Shown piece after piece: positions 1 through 8,321 of a DNA stretch of 32,000 nucleotides. The position numbers and the translations under genes were made by a program. The notes beneath the pieces were generated by a model, which saw only the letters and a list, made by a program, of their open reading frames with translations, was not told where the DNA came from and did no database searches. The stretch's first letter is position 1, and each line of letters begins with the position of its first letter. Source of the DNA: Caldivirga maquilingensis IC-167 (GTDB lineage: Archaea > Thermoproteota > Thermoprotei > Thermoproteales > Thermocladiaceae); the NCBI RefSeq assembly GCF_000018305.1, contig NC_009954.1:1320001-1352000 (forward strand), in the 5' to 3' direction.

Positions 1-559
1 CACTTAATGTGTTATAAACAATAATCATTATTAAACCAGCAAGGGCATAAATTAGGTACATTGACCTAATTACATGTATGTTATTCCCAAGGTAGGCTGG
101 TAATGATGACGCAAGGGCGCCAATTGATGAAGCGGAGTAACCAATGAGATTGTAAACACCTAGGATCCTACCTAGCCTATCACCAGTAAACCTAGGTAAC
201 ACGCCTGTTTCAATTGATTGAAAGGGACCAGCCTCAGTTCCTGTGGTGCTTATGTTACCTATAAGTAGTGCTAATGCCATTACTGGGTATAATGAGGATG
301 AGAACAATAATATGCCTGAAATAAACATGAATAAACTAAGGATGATTAATAATCTTCTCCTACCAATTACGTCACCAAACCAGGTTAATAATATGTTTGA
401 GAGAACATTGCCGAGAACCATAAGGAATAAAGAGGCACCCACATAAATGGGTGGGAAACCCAACATGGCTAAGTAAATGGGTGTCAGTACACTAACAATA
501 CCGAAGACGAAGGTTCTCAGTCCCTTAATGAGTAAGATTAAGTAAACGTTCCTATGCAT
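1..559 (-). CDS. MFS-type transporter, N-terminal part (gene continues past the left edge; absent from supplied ORF track)
   Basis: My own translation from ATG at 559..557 stays open to position 1: MHRNVYLILLIKGLRTFVFGIVSVLTPIYLAMLGFPPIYVGASLFLMVLGNVLSNILLTWFGDVIGRRRLLIILSLFMFISGILLF... It shows successive hydrophobic helices, and the loop GDVIGRRR resembles the MFS TM2-TM3 signature (G-x3-D-R/K-x-G-R-R/K). The + strand ORF 243..446 is its antisense shadow. Confidence 0.6.
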   Translation of the reverse strand, partial: MHRNVYLILLIKGLRTFVFGIVSVLTPIYLAMLGFPPIYVGASLFLMVLGNVLSNILLTWFGDVIGRRRLLIILSLFMFISGILLFSSSLYPVMALALLIGNISTTGTEAGPFQSIETGVLPRFTGDRLGRILGVYNLIGYSASSIGALASSLPAYLGNNIHVIRSMYLIYALAGLIMIIVYNTLS

Positions 560-651
560 TGGCGAATCATTAGGTGGGATAGTATTAAAGTTTAATTGAG
601 GTTTTGATTTAAGGAGACGTATGCATGAAGATTAGGCTTAGTTTATTCTAG

Positions 652-742
652 TGGGCCCGCCGGGACTTGAACCCGGGATCTCCCGCTTTCTTGGCGTTAT
701 GCCCGTAAGGCGGACATCCTAACCAGGCTAGACTACGGGCCC
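652..742 (-). tRNA. tRNA-Val (anticodon UAC) with an intron of about 16 nt immediately 3' of the anticodon
   Basis: The reverse complement folds as GGGCCCG-TA-GTCT-AGCCTGGTTA-GGAT-G-TCCGC-CTTACG-[GGCATAACGCCAAGAA]-A-GCGGG-AGATC-CCGGG-TTCAAGT-CCCGG-CGGGCCC-A. It has a 7-bp acceptor stem, a 5-bp T stem with a TTCAAGT loop, and a 5-bp anticodon stem once the bracketed insert is removed. No CCA is encoded. A TATA-like TTAATAAA lies about 25 nt upstream. Intron borders are ambiguous by about 1 nt. Confidence 0.8.
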
Positions 743-911
743 CTTCCTATTGGCCATTGATCCGAGGTTTATTAAGCTTAACCTACATTTATCCTTGATA
801 AAACTCACTTAATGCATGGTGACTGGTTAAAATTAATTATGCTGAAATTCATGTATTGAATGAGTAACCTTGGTATCATATTTAAATAGGGGGTGAGTAT
901 GAGGGTTCTTA

Positions 912-1589
912 ATGATGTTTCATAGAGAGTTAGCCATGATATATGAGGCCAGTGGTAAAACAATAGTTGAGTTCATCATAAGGCTTAATGAGGATAGGCC
1001 AGGCATATTAGCTGCGGTTTCCGATGTCTTCGCTGAGAATGGGGTGAACATAATTAATGCATCGTTTAATAGGCTCCAGAAGATGATTCATGTCATCGCT
1101 GACTTCACTAATTCAGTATCCTCAATAAGTGATGTTGAGAACATGCTTAGGAAATTCTCCTTCGTTTACGATGTTATGGAGAAGGTACTTAACAATGACG
1201 CTTACGTTTTAGCAACTTTATCCATACCAACATTTAATAATAACTACGTATTAGCCATAGATCATGATGTTTTCGAGAACCAGGTGAGTGAACCATTGTT
1301 AAACATACTGAGGAGCATGGGGAAGAAGGATGGGGAATTAATGCTAGGCATGTACGGCTCCTTTAAAGCCAGTGAATTAAGCATCCTCCAATTAAGAGGC
1401 TTGGGTAGGGTTCAGGTGCAATCAGCTGGTAACGCAACCATTATTAGGGTTTGCCGCGAGAACCTTAGTGAGGAGTTCTCTAAACTAATCCTAAGTTACC
1501 TTGAGGGTTTTACGGAATTATTCAATATTAAGACCCAGAATCAAGGCATTAGTGAATCATGCCTACAGGTTAAGGTAACATCATCTTGA
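912..1589 (+). CDS. ACT-domain protein with an unrecognised C-terminal domain
   Basis: The N-terminal segment IIRLNEDRPGILAAVSDVFAENGVNIINA fits the ACT ligand-binding beta-alpha-beta motif (D-x-PG-x-L..v...la..g.NI). I could not assign the remaining ~140 aa. TATA-like TTTAAATA at 881..888 is centred about 26 nt upstream of the ATG. Confidence 0.6.
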   Translation: MMFHRELAMIYEASGKTIVEFIIRLNEDRPGILAAVSDVFAENGVNIINASFNRLQKMIHVIADFTNSVSSISDVENMLRKFSFVYDVMEKVLNNDAYVLATLSIPTFNNNYVLAIDHDVFENQVSEPLLNILRSMGKKDGELMLGMYGSFKASELSILQLRGLGRVQVQSAGNATIIRVCRENLSEEFSKLILSYLEGFTELFNIKTQNQGISESCLQVKVTSS

Positions 1590-1606
1590 CGCCACCTGGG
1601 CGAATT

Positions 1607-4027
1607 CTAGGTACGCAACTTAATTGAGTACGCGTTTAACGTTACCGTTAAGCTACTTAAAGCCATGGCCAGGCCGGCTAGTTCAGGCCTTAGGGTTAAG
1701 CCAGGTATTACGCCAGCTGCCACCGGTATTAGTATTATATTGTAGGCGAAGGCGTAAAATATGTTGAATTTAATGTTACTCACCACGGTTCTTGATAATC
1801 TTATGAGCCTTGGAATAGCCTTAAGGTTCCCTGAAACCAACACAACGTCCCCAGCCTCCTTGGCAACATCACTACCAGTACCCATTGCTATACCCACGTC
1901 GGCCTCATTAAGGGCAACAGCGTCGTTAATCCCATCACCAACCATGGCCACTGAACCATACTTAGTCTTAACCTCCCTAATAACCCTAGCCTTATCATCA
2001 GGCATTAGGTCTGCGTAAACATCATCAATACCCAGTTTCTCAGCTACAGCATGTGCCGGTCCCTCGGCATCACCGGTGAGCATTATTGTTCTTAACCCCA
2101 GTCTCTTAACCTCGTTAACAGTCTCATAGGCGTTAACCCTTAATGGATCACCCACGGCTAATACACCCTTAACAACACCATCAATCACCACGAATAATGG
2201 TGTATAACCCTCACTCTCAATGCCTTCACTTAACTTCCTGAATTCGGGGCTTAGGTAAGCCTCCATGCCTTTAACCAGCTTCATGTTACCAACCCCAACA
2301 CTCCTACCGTTAACCACCGCAATAACCCCCATACCCTCCAATTGATTAAACTCACTGACGGTAATTGGCTTAACCCCCATTGACTCGGCGTAATTCACTA
2401 TTGCCTTAGCTAATGGGTGGTTTGAAGGGTACTCTGCTGATGCCGCTAGGATTAATGACTCCTTATCAATAATAGTTTTAATGACTCTAGGCGCCCCCTC
2501 GGTTAATGTACCAGTCTTATCAAACGCCATGACCTTAACACCATTAAGTCTCTCAAAAGCTTCACCCCTCTTAATCAATATACCGTCTTGGGCAGCCTTA
2601 TTAACACCAACAACTATGGACATGGGTGTGGCTAAACCAAGGGCACAGGGACAAGCCACCACCAGTACAGAGGCCATGTGGAGTACAGCCAGGTAAAGTG
2701 GAGCCCCTAGGCTAAGCCATGTAATTAGCGTTAAGGCAGCCACAGCTATTACCACCCAGGTGAAGTACGCTGATATCTTATCAACAATGGATTGTATCGG
2801 TAACCTAGCGGCCTGCGCCTCCCTGGCTAGTTTAATTACCTGAGCCATTAAACTGAATTCACCAACCCTAGTAGCCCTAATTACCAGGTAACCATCAAGT
2901 AGCCTAGTTCCAGCTAGGGCCACGTCCCCAATCCTCTTTAACCTAGGCTCACTCTCCCCGGTCATTGATGATTCATCAACATGCCCATTACCCTCATTCA
3001 CAATACCATCCACAGGTATTAATTCACCAGGCCTAATAATTATGGTGTCGCCTGGTTTAATATCCTTGACATTAGTTTCAATCTCTCTTCCATCAACCAG
3101 CACCCTAGCCTTACCTGGTATTAATTGGGCTAGGGATCTCACCGTTGATGCTGCCCTAAGCCTAACCCTGGCCTCAAGCCAACGACCCAGTAGGATTAGG
3201 GTTATTACCGCTGGGCCTGAGTCAAGGAATGCCTCACCACCGACTAGGTGAAGTGCGTAAAGTAGGCTGTAGGTGTAGGCTGTTAAGGTTCCTAAGGCCA
3301 CTAGGGTATCCATGTTGGCTGTACCGTTTCTAAAGGCCCTAACCGCACCCCTTATGAATCTCCAACCTGGGTAAAACTCAACAATTGTGGCTAAGGCTAA
3401 ACCCACCCATAGTGCTGATTGACTAGGTATTACCCCCTTAGGCTCCAGTACCCATACAATGATCATTATTACCGCTGTTAAGGGGGCTGAAACAAGGAGC
3501 CTATTCCTCAAGTCCCTTAAATCAGCTTCACTAGCCCTCTTATCCACATCGAAGCCACTGGCCCCTGTCTTAACGTAAGTTACCTTAAGGCCTAAGTCCT
3601 CAATAGCCTTAACTATGTTTGATTCATTAAGCTCCAGGGGATTGTAAGTAACCTTAACCTCCCCATACGCTAAGTTAACCCTAGCCTCAAAGACACCGGG
3701 TATGTTTAAGGCATTTAATATAAGCGCCTCATCCCCTGGACTAAGACCCCTAATACCCACTGTAGCCTCCTCCCTATATATGTCGTAGCCGGCCTTCTCA
3801 ACAGCCTTAAGTAAGTCGATGTACTTAACCCTACCTGGATCCAGCACAACCACGGCTTCATCATTGGCTAGGCTTACGTCAGCAGCCAAAACACCAGGCA
3901 CTGATAATAGAGCCTTCTGGACGGTTAGGCTACATGTGGCGCAATGCATGCCCACTATCTTAAAGGCAGTCCTCCTCACCCCCTCCCTGAAGCTTAACTT
4001 AACATTAATTCTCGATGCCTCATTCAC
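1607..4027 (-). CDS. copA: Copper-translocating P1B-type ATPase (CopA)
   Basis: N-terminal HMA domain with GMHCATC; transmembrane CPC motif (VVACPCALGLATP); phosphorylation site DKTGTLT; MLTGD; GDGINDAVAL hinge. The length of 806 aa is typical of the family. Confidence 0.93.
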   Translation of the reverse strand: MNEASRINVKLSFREGVRRTAFKIVGMHCATCSLTVQKALLSVPGVLAADVSLANDEAVVVLDPGRVKYIDLLKAVEKAGYDIYREEATVGIRGLSPGDEALILNALNIPGVFEARVNLAYGEVKVTYNPLELNESNIVKAIEDLGLKVTYVKTGASGFDVDKRASEADLRDLRNRLLVSAPLTAVIMIIVWVLEPKGVIPSQSALWVGLALATIVEFYPGWRFIRGAVRAFRNGTANMDTLVALGTLTAYTYSLLYALHLVGGEAFLDSGPAVITLILLGRWLEARVRLRAASTVRSLAQLIPGKARVLVDGREIETNVKDIKPGDTIIIRPGELIPVDGIVNEGNGHVDESSMTGESEPRLKRIGDVALAGTRLLDGYLVIRATRVGEFSLMAQVIKLAREAQAARLPIQSIVDKISAYFTWVVIAVAALTLITWLSLGAPLYLAVLHMASVLVVACPCALGLATPMSIVVGVNKAAQDGILIKRGEAFERLNGVKVMAFDKTGTLTEGAPRVIKTIIDKESLILAASAEYPSNHPLAKAIVNYAESMGVKPITVSEFNQLEGMGVIAVVNGRSVGVGNMKLVKGMEAYLSPEFRKLSEGIESEGYTPLFVVIDGVVKGVLAVGDPLRVNAYETVNEVKRLGLRTIMLTGDAEGPAHAVAEKLGIDDVYADLMPDDKARVIREVKTKYGSVAMVGDGINDAVALNEADVGIAMGTGSDVAKEAGDVVLVSGNLKAIPRLIRLSRTVVSNIKFNIFYAFAYNIILIPVAAGVIPGLTLRPELAGLAMALSSLTVTLNAYSIKLRT

Positions 4028-4035
4028 CTAAACCA

Positions 4036-4206
4036 CTACATGTTGGGCATACCCTTAGGCCCCTCCCTTAAGTACCTTTCAGGGTCCTTATCAAACGCCT
4101 CCTTGCATTGCCTTGAACAGAAGTAATACACCTTACCCCTGTACAGTGACTTGAACTGGGTCTCCTCAACCTCCATACCGCACACTGGGTCAATATGCTT
4201 AACCAT
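4036..4206 (-). CDS. Small TRASH/YHS-domain metal-binding protein (copper chaperone-like); below the ORF-track size cut-off
   Basis: Hand translation gives MVKHIDPVCGMEVEETQFKSLYRGKVYYFCSRQCKEAFDKDPERYLREGPKGMPNM (56 aa, stop TAG at 4036..4038). The pattern C-x-M...YYFCS..C is the YHS/TRASH Cys arrangement. The gene ends 8 nt upstream of the copA start on the same strand. Confidence 0.8.
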   Translation of the reverse strand: MVKHIDPVCGMEVEETQFKSLYRGKVYYFCSRQCKEAFDKDPERYLREGPKGMPNM

Positions 4207-4265
4207 ACTTGGTGAACTGGGGTTACTGAAATAAGGTTTATTAGAGAGGTTTTTTCAGAAAACTG
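4207..4265. promoter_or_regulatory. Back-to-back cop promoter region with a short inverted repeat
   Basis: A 59-bp gap separates the divergent TRASH gene (ATG 4206) and the regulator (ATG 4266). TTTATTA (4237..4243) is placed for the + gene. TTATTTCA on the - strand (about 4227..4234) is placed for the - gene. CTGAAA (4226..4231) and TTTCAG (4253..4258) form a 6-bp inverted repeat bracketing the TATA. Confidence 0.4.
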
Positions 4266-4802
4266 ATGATTAATGGTTCAGGTTTTTCAAGATTCAATGA
4301 ACTTGAGTTGAGGGCTCTTGAATTACTCAGTGAGGATTCAAGGTTAAGTGTTTCAGAATTAGCCAGTAGACTGGGTGTCAGTAAGGCTACTGCATCAAGG
4401 TTAATTAAATCACTTAGAGGTAAGGGTGTTAGGTTCACGGTTAATATTACTCAAGGCTACCCAAGGGCATACGTGGTGGCTAGGAGAAGAGGGGAGGGGG
4501 AGTGTTATAGGCTTGTTGACGGTAAGTACATGATTGTCTTAACCGCAGGAGACTTTAATAGTCTTACTAAACTCATTAGTGAGGTTAAGGGTAAGGAGGC
4601 TGTTTACATAGTCCTTGGGCAATGCTCGGATACTAGTGAATTAAGTACTATGCCTAGGTTAGTCTGTGATTACTGCGGTGGCCCAATAAATGGGTCTCCG
4701 ATTACTTACAGGAGGGGGAGGAGGGTGTATTACCTATGTTGTAAAACATGTTTAAGGGAGCTTAAGAAGAGGCTAAGCATGAGGAGGCATGATGCTGAGT
4801 GA
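4266..4802 (+). CDS. Lrp/AsnC-type HTH regulator with C-terminal TRASH metal-sensing domain (CopR-like)
   Basis: N-terminal LELRALELLSEDSRLSVSELASRLGVSKATASRLIKSL is an Lrp/AsnC-type HTH. C-terminal CDYCGGPI-x19-YYLCCKTC matches the TRASH C-x2-C...C-x3-C pattern. It is divergent from the TRASH-copA pair. TATA-like TTTATTA at 4237..4243 is about 26 nt upstream of the ATG. Confidence 0.8.
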   Translation: MINGSGFSRFNELELRALELLSEDSRLSVSELASRLGVSKATASRLIKSLRGKGVRFTVNITQGYPRAYVVARRRGEGECYRLVDGKYMIVLTAGDFNSLTKLISEVKGKEAVYIVLGQCSDTSELSTMPRLVCDYCGGPINGSPITYRRGRRVYYLCCKTCLRELKKRLSMRRHDAE

Positions 4803-4813
4803 AATATTAATCC

Positions 4814-6262
4814 TTACTCAACACCTAGAATCCTCTTAAGCCCTGGATAAGCCTCAAACAACTGCTCCTGCATCGCTATCGTGTAGTACTGTATTATTAT
4901 CTCCACCATTAGTATTAGGCCTATGCCAGTACCATATACACCTAATACATCACCAAGGGCTGCAATGAAACCAGCCAGTAAGCCGCTGGTGAAGGTTAGT
5001 GAATTAACGTACCTCTTCAAGTGCACTGCAAGCGACCTCGCTGATGCCCTGAAGCCTGGTATTGATAAGCCGCTTGAAACCATGGTCCTGGCCTGATCCT
5101 CGGCGCTTAAACCAGCTAAATTAACCCATAGGTAGGCGAAGACCACTGAGAGCACGACGTACATGAGTATGTGAACCACCACGTACTGTGGGGTAATGTT
5201 ATACGGCACCACGGTGAAGTAGTATATTAAGGATGATGGACATGGTTCATTAATAGTACCGAATTTAGCGGTTGTAATAACCCTTATGCAGGCTATTGAA
5301 TTTAATAATGCGTTAGCGTTATGGGGATTATATGTTGTCCAAATGAAGTAGAGTCCATTATATATTAACGCCACTGTGTATGCTGTGAATATTATGGGTA
5401 GGACTGAGACGTACATTACCTTGAATGGGTACGACATCTTGTATCCACCGTACTGCACGAAGGATAACGGTATCCTAACCTCCATTAACTCAACGTATGC
5501 TATGAAGCCACCTAGGACTATTGTTGCGATTAAGCCTATTAGGCCGGGTAGGTTGAATCTATAAACTATGGATAATAATGGTGCAAGCGTGTGGGATACT
5601 GCGGCGCTGTATACTGCAGCCACTAGGGCAGGTATAATACCTAGTAACTCCCCTGCACCCACGGTTACAGGCATGAATGTGGATTGGAAAATGGACCTAA
5701 TTATGCTTATGAGTATGAATAATGATATGCCGCTTCCAATACCCCATCCCTTGGATATTAAGTCATCAAGCAGTATAACTATTACGGCTCCGAACAACAT
5801 TTGAAGCCACACAATGAAGGCTAATCCAGCGTTGGCTACGGTTAACTGGTGGGTTGACATTATGAATGCTCCCTCAAACATGGCTATTATCACGGCTACA
5901 AGCTTCGTTAATGCAGTGAACCTTGCTTGATCCTTAGGGTCATTTAAGTCAACATCCATTAACTCAGAGAAGGCTACAAGCTCCATTATTATTCCAGCTA
6001 TTATTATTGGGCCTATACCCAGTTGAGCCAATGTACCGTTGGTTGAGGCGAATATTATAGCCACCAGCGGGTTGAAGAGCGGGCTACTTGATGAAGCCAC
6101 AATACCGTATAGCGGCGTTACTGATAGGAGTAGGTAAACTGTAGCCGCTAGGAAGGTCCATATTAGCCTACTACCCAGGGTAACCGGCCTATTGGGCCTG
6201 GGGACAGTGGGCATTAGCGTTAAGAGCGGTTCCACCATCTCTATGAATCGCTTAGACGCCAC
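4814..6262 (-). CDS. secY: Preprotein translocase subunit SecY
   Basis: The polytopic profile and the N-terminus (MASKRFIEMVEPLLTLMPTVPRPNRPVTLGSRLIWTFLAATVYLLLSVTPLYG) are typical of archaeal SecY/Sec61alpha. The length is 482 aa and the start codon is GTG at 6262..6260. Confidence 0.88.
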   Translation of the reverse strand: MASKRFIEMVEPLLTLMPTVPRPNRPVTLGSRLIWTFLAATVYLLLSVTPLYGIVASSSSPLFNPLVAIIFASTNGTLAQLGIGPIIIAGIIMELVAFSELMDVDLNDPKDQARFTALTKLVAVIIAMFEGAFIMSTHQLTVANAGLAFIVWLQMLFGAVIVILLDDLISKGWGIGSGISLFILISIIRSIFQSTFMPVTVGAGELLGIIPALVAAVYSAAVSHTLAPLLSIVYRFNLPGLIGLIATIVLGGFIAYVELMEVRIPLSFVQYGGYKMSYPFKVMYVSVLPIIFTAYTVALIYNGLYFIWTTYNPHNANALLNSIACIRVITTAKFGTINEPCPSSLIYYFTVVPYNITPQYVVVHILMYVVLSVVFAYLWVNLAGLSAEDQARTMVSSGLSIPGFRASARSLAVHLKRYVNSLTFTSGLLAGFIAALGDVLGVYGTGIGLILMVEIIIQYYTIAMQEQLFEAYPGLKRILGVE

Positions 6263-6358
6263 AGTTCACCTAAAATTACTGGGATTAATAAGGTTTATTA
6301 GCAGTCATTGCGTCAATAACTGATTAGCACACGTAATGTAACCCTAGTGCGCTCTAAA

Positions 6359-7372
6359 TCATGCACCCTGTTGAGTGTTAACTGGTCTTATATGGTTTAT
6401 GTACCTTTCAAGTAACCCAGCCTGCTTAAGCAGTTCACACACCCTGCACACGCTTCCTGAGGTTGGGAAGCCGCAGTGGATGCATTTATTGAGTTTAACC
6501 TGTCCCTTAAACCTCTCATTAACCATTTTTGAGACTTCATCACCGAAGGAAACCATTGAGTACTTAACATTAGGATTATCCCTCTCCCACCTGGCTAGGG
6601 TGAATTTTAATTCGTAGCGTGGATTATTGTAGACGAAGGGGCATTCAATGGTCATTAAGGGTATTCCATGGTAGTAGGCGTATAGAGCCACCTCCTCCTC
6701 CCTAATGAATCTCAGGGGTTTAATCCTAGGTATGAACTCCTCCTCGGCGACATCATTACTTGGCGTTGCCCCAAACCAGGCGAAGCGTTTAACATCATTA
6801 CCGGTGACGTTAAGGAGCACTGTCTGTGCTTCATCATCAAGATTATGCCCCGTGGCTATCTTGGTTAAGTTAAGCATCCTACCCACTATATTCATTGCCC
6901 TCCTCCTCATGACACCGCATATAGTACACATGTGCGTGTTAACCCCCTTACCCCATAATCCCTGTGCAATATCAAACGCCGTTACCCCGAATAATTCACT
7001 GAACCTGAATACCTTATACTCAATGTTAAATTCCTCAGTTAACTTAGCCACGTAGTCCATTGAGTTGGCTCTCCTAACGCAACTGTAGGGTTGCCCCTCA
7101 TCAATACTGAAGGCTATTAAGACAGTATCCTTAGGTATCCTACCTAGTCTCCGTAACTTACCTAGAAGATACATGAGTACTAGGCTATCCTTACCGCCAC
7201 TTACCGCTATACCAACCCTATCACCACTTGTGATTAACCTAAACCTCCTCACAGTCCTAGCCACAGTATCCTCAATGGTGTTGAATAGGCAGTTTAAGCA
7301 TAGTTTCTCACCACTGGATGCCTTAAGGTACTTAGCCTCCCTAACACCACACCTATCGCATAAAGTAACCAT
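6359..7372 (-). CDS. PP-loop tRNA 2-thiolation enzyme (TtuA/Ncs6 family)
   Basis: PP-loop SGGKDS; N-terminal CDRCG..CLNC and C-terminal CIHCG..CRVC zinc-finger pairs; central CTICG and ECPF cysteines, as in Fe-S dependent TtuA/Ncs6 enzymes. Confidence 0.82.
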   Translation of the reverse strand: MVTLCDRCGVREAKYLKASSGEKLCLNCLFNTIEDTVARTVRRFRLITSGDRVGIAVSGGKDSLVLMYLLGKLRRLGRIPKDTVLIAFSIDEGQPYSCVRRANSMDYVAKLTEEFNIEYKVFRFSELFGVTAFDIAQGLWGKGVNTHMCTICGVMRRRAMNIVGRMLNLTKIATGHNLDDEAQTVLLNVTGNDVKRFAWFGATPSNDVAEEEFIPRIKPLRFIREEEVALYAYYHGIPLMTIECPFVYNNPRYELKFTLARWERDNPNVKYSMVSFGDEVSKMVNERFKGQVKLNKCIHCGFPTSGSVCRVCELLKQAGLLERYINHIRPVNTQQGA

Positions 7373-7432
7373 GCTACTTCATGGCTTTAACACTGATTAA
7401 AATAGCTTACTAAGCTGTTATTTAATGAGTAC

Positions 7433-8194
7433 TCATTGAAGCAGGAGGAGCCTAATTGTGAAAATAACCACTGCACATAATAGGGGGATCATTTTAAGCA
7501 TTAATGAGGCTAAGGCTAAGGTCAGCAGTATGATGAACAAGTACCTACCCCTCAATTTAGTTAAAGGAATACCCAAGACTATTAACATAAGCAGGTACAC
7601 TGCGGTGAGGATTACCTGCGTAATTGATGTGATTATGCTTAAGAGTAGGTATAATGCGAATTGAAGCAACGCCACCACTGGTGTTAACTTACTTAATCCA
7701 ATGCGGCCACCGTACCTACCCCTTAATTGAAGCAGTATTAATGATGTCGTAATGAAGGGTACTAGTGATAGTAAGGCTATGGCTTGAGGCGAGTAACCAA
7801 TCAGCATTAGTATTGGTGAGGAAAGGAGCAGTGGGGTTGCGGTTAATGAGGATTCACGCCTAACAGTTAAACCAATCGCCATGGCCAATACCACGAATGG
7901 CGCAGCGATAAATAATGGTAATTGATTGTTGAGGCTTACAGTCATGAAAACCGCTATGAGGAGCCATGTTAAGGCTAAGGCATGCATTGATGAAGCGTAA
8001 ACCCTCACTGCCCCATTATACGTGAATAAACCACCCTTAATTAAGTAATGTTGAATCAATGGAATAAGCATTAAGGATACTGAGAGCGTGTACTCAGCCT
8101 TAATTAAACCCAGGTGAGAGAACACGTACGTAATGTAGACTAACGCGGAGACCGCAACATCGTCACCAGCTTTAATCAATACTGCTTCACGCAT
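7433..8194 (-). CDS. Polytopic membrane protein, unknown function
   Basis: 253 aa with about 7-8 hydrophobic segments. A TATA-like TTTATAAG (8217..8224, read on the - strand) is centred about 26 nt upstream of the ATG at 8194. No motif recognised. Confidence 0.55.
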   Translation of the reverse strand: MREAVLIKAGDDVAVSALVYITYVFSHLGLIKAEYTLSVSLMLIPLIQHYLIKGGLFTYNGAVRVYASSMHALALTWLLIAVFMTVSLNNQLPLFIAAPFVVLAMAIGLTVRRESSLTATPLLLSSPILMLIGYSPQAIALLSLVPFITTSLILLQLRGRYGGRIGLSKLTPVVALLQFALYLLLSIITSITQVILTAVYLLMLIVLGIPLTKLRGRYLFIILLTLALASLMLKMIPLLCAVVIFTIRLLLLQ

Positions 8195-8229
8195 GGTACC
8201 TTCGTCTCAGCATGTTGATTTATAAGCAT

Positions 8230-8249
8230 GAATACTTCAGGAAGTATTC
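8230..8249. promoter_or_regulatory. Perfect 9-2-9 palindrome GAATACTTC-AG-GAAGTATTC between divergent genes
   Basis: Read directly from the sequence. It lies between the TATA of the - strand membrane gene and the presumed alaX promoter (ATAATAA around 8300). Confidence 0.35.
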
Positions 8250-8321
8250 TTAGATTAGTTTTAATGAGTGCCGTGGTATCAATAAGGTGAAGCATAATAA
8301 CCCGGTTACTGAACCAATGCT

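Noticed and set aside
104-133. ATGATGA ... TGATGA pair resembling C and C' boxes.
   Set aside because: It lies inside the MFS coding region, and there are no D or D' (CTGA) boxes at the proper spacing.
243-446. A 67-aa + strand ORF at the left edge.
   Set aside because: It is antisense to the partial MFS transporter, whose frame is open from 559 to position 1 and has transporter-like helices.
560-911. Possible integrated element or att site next to the tRNA-Val gene.
   Set aside because: There is no integrase or other mobile-element gene nearby, and I could not find a second copy of the tRNA 3' half anywhere in the window.
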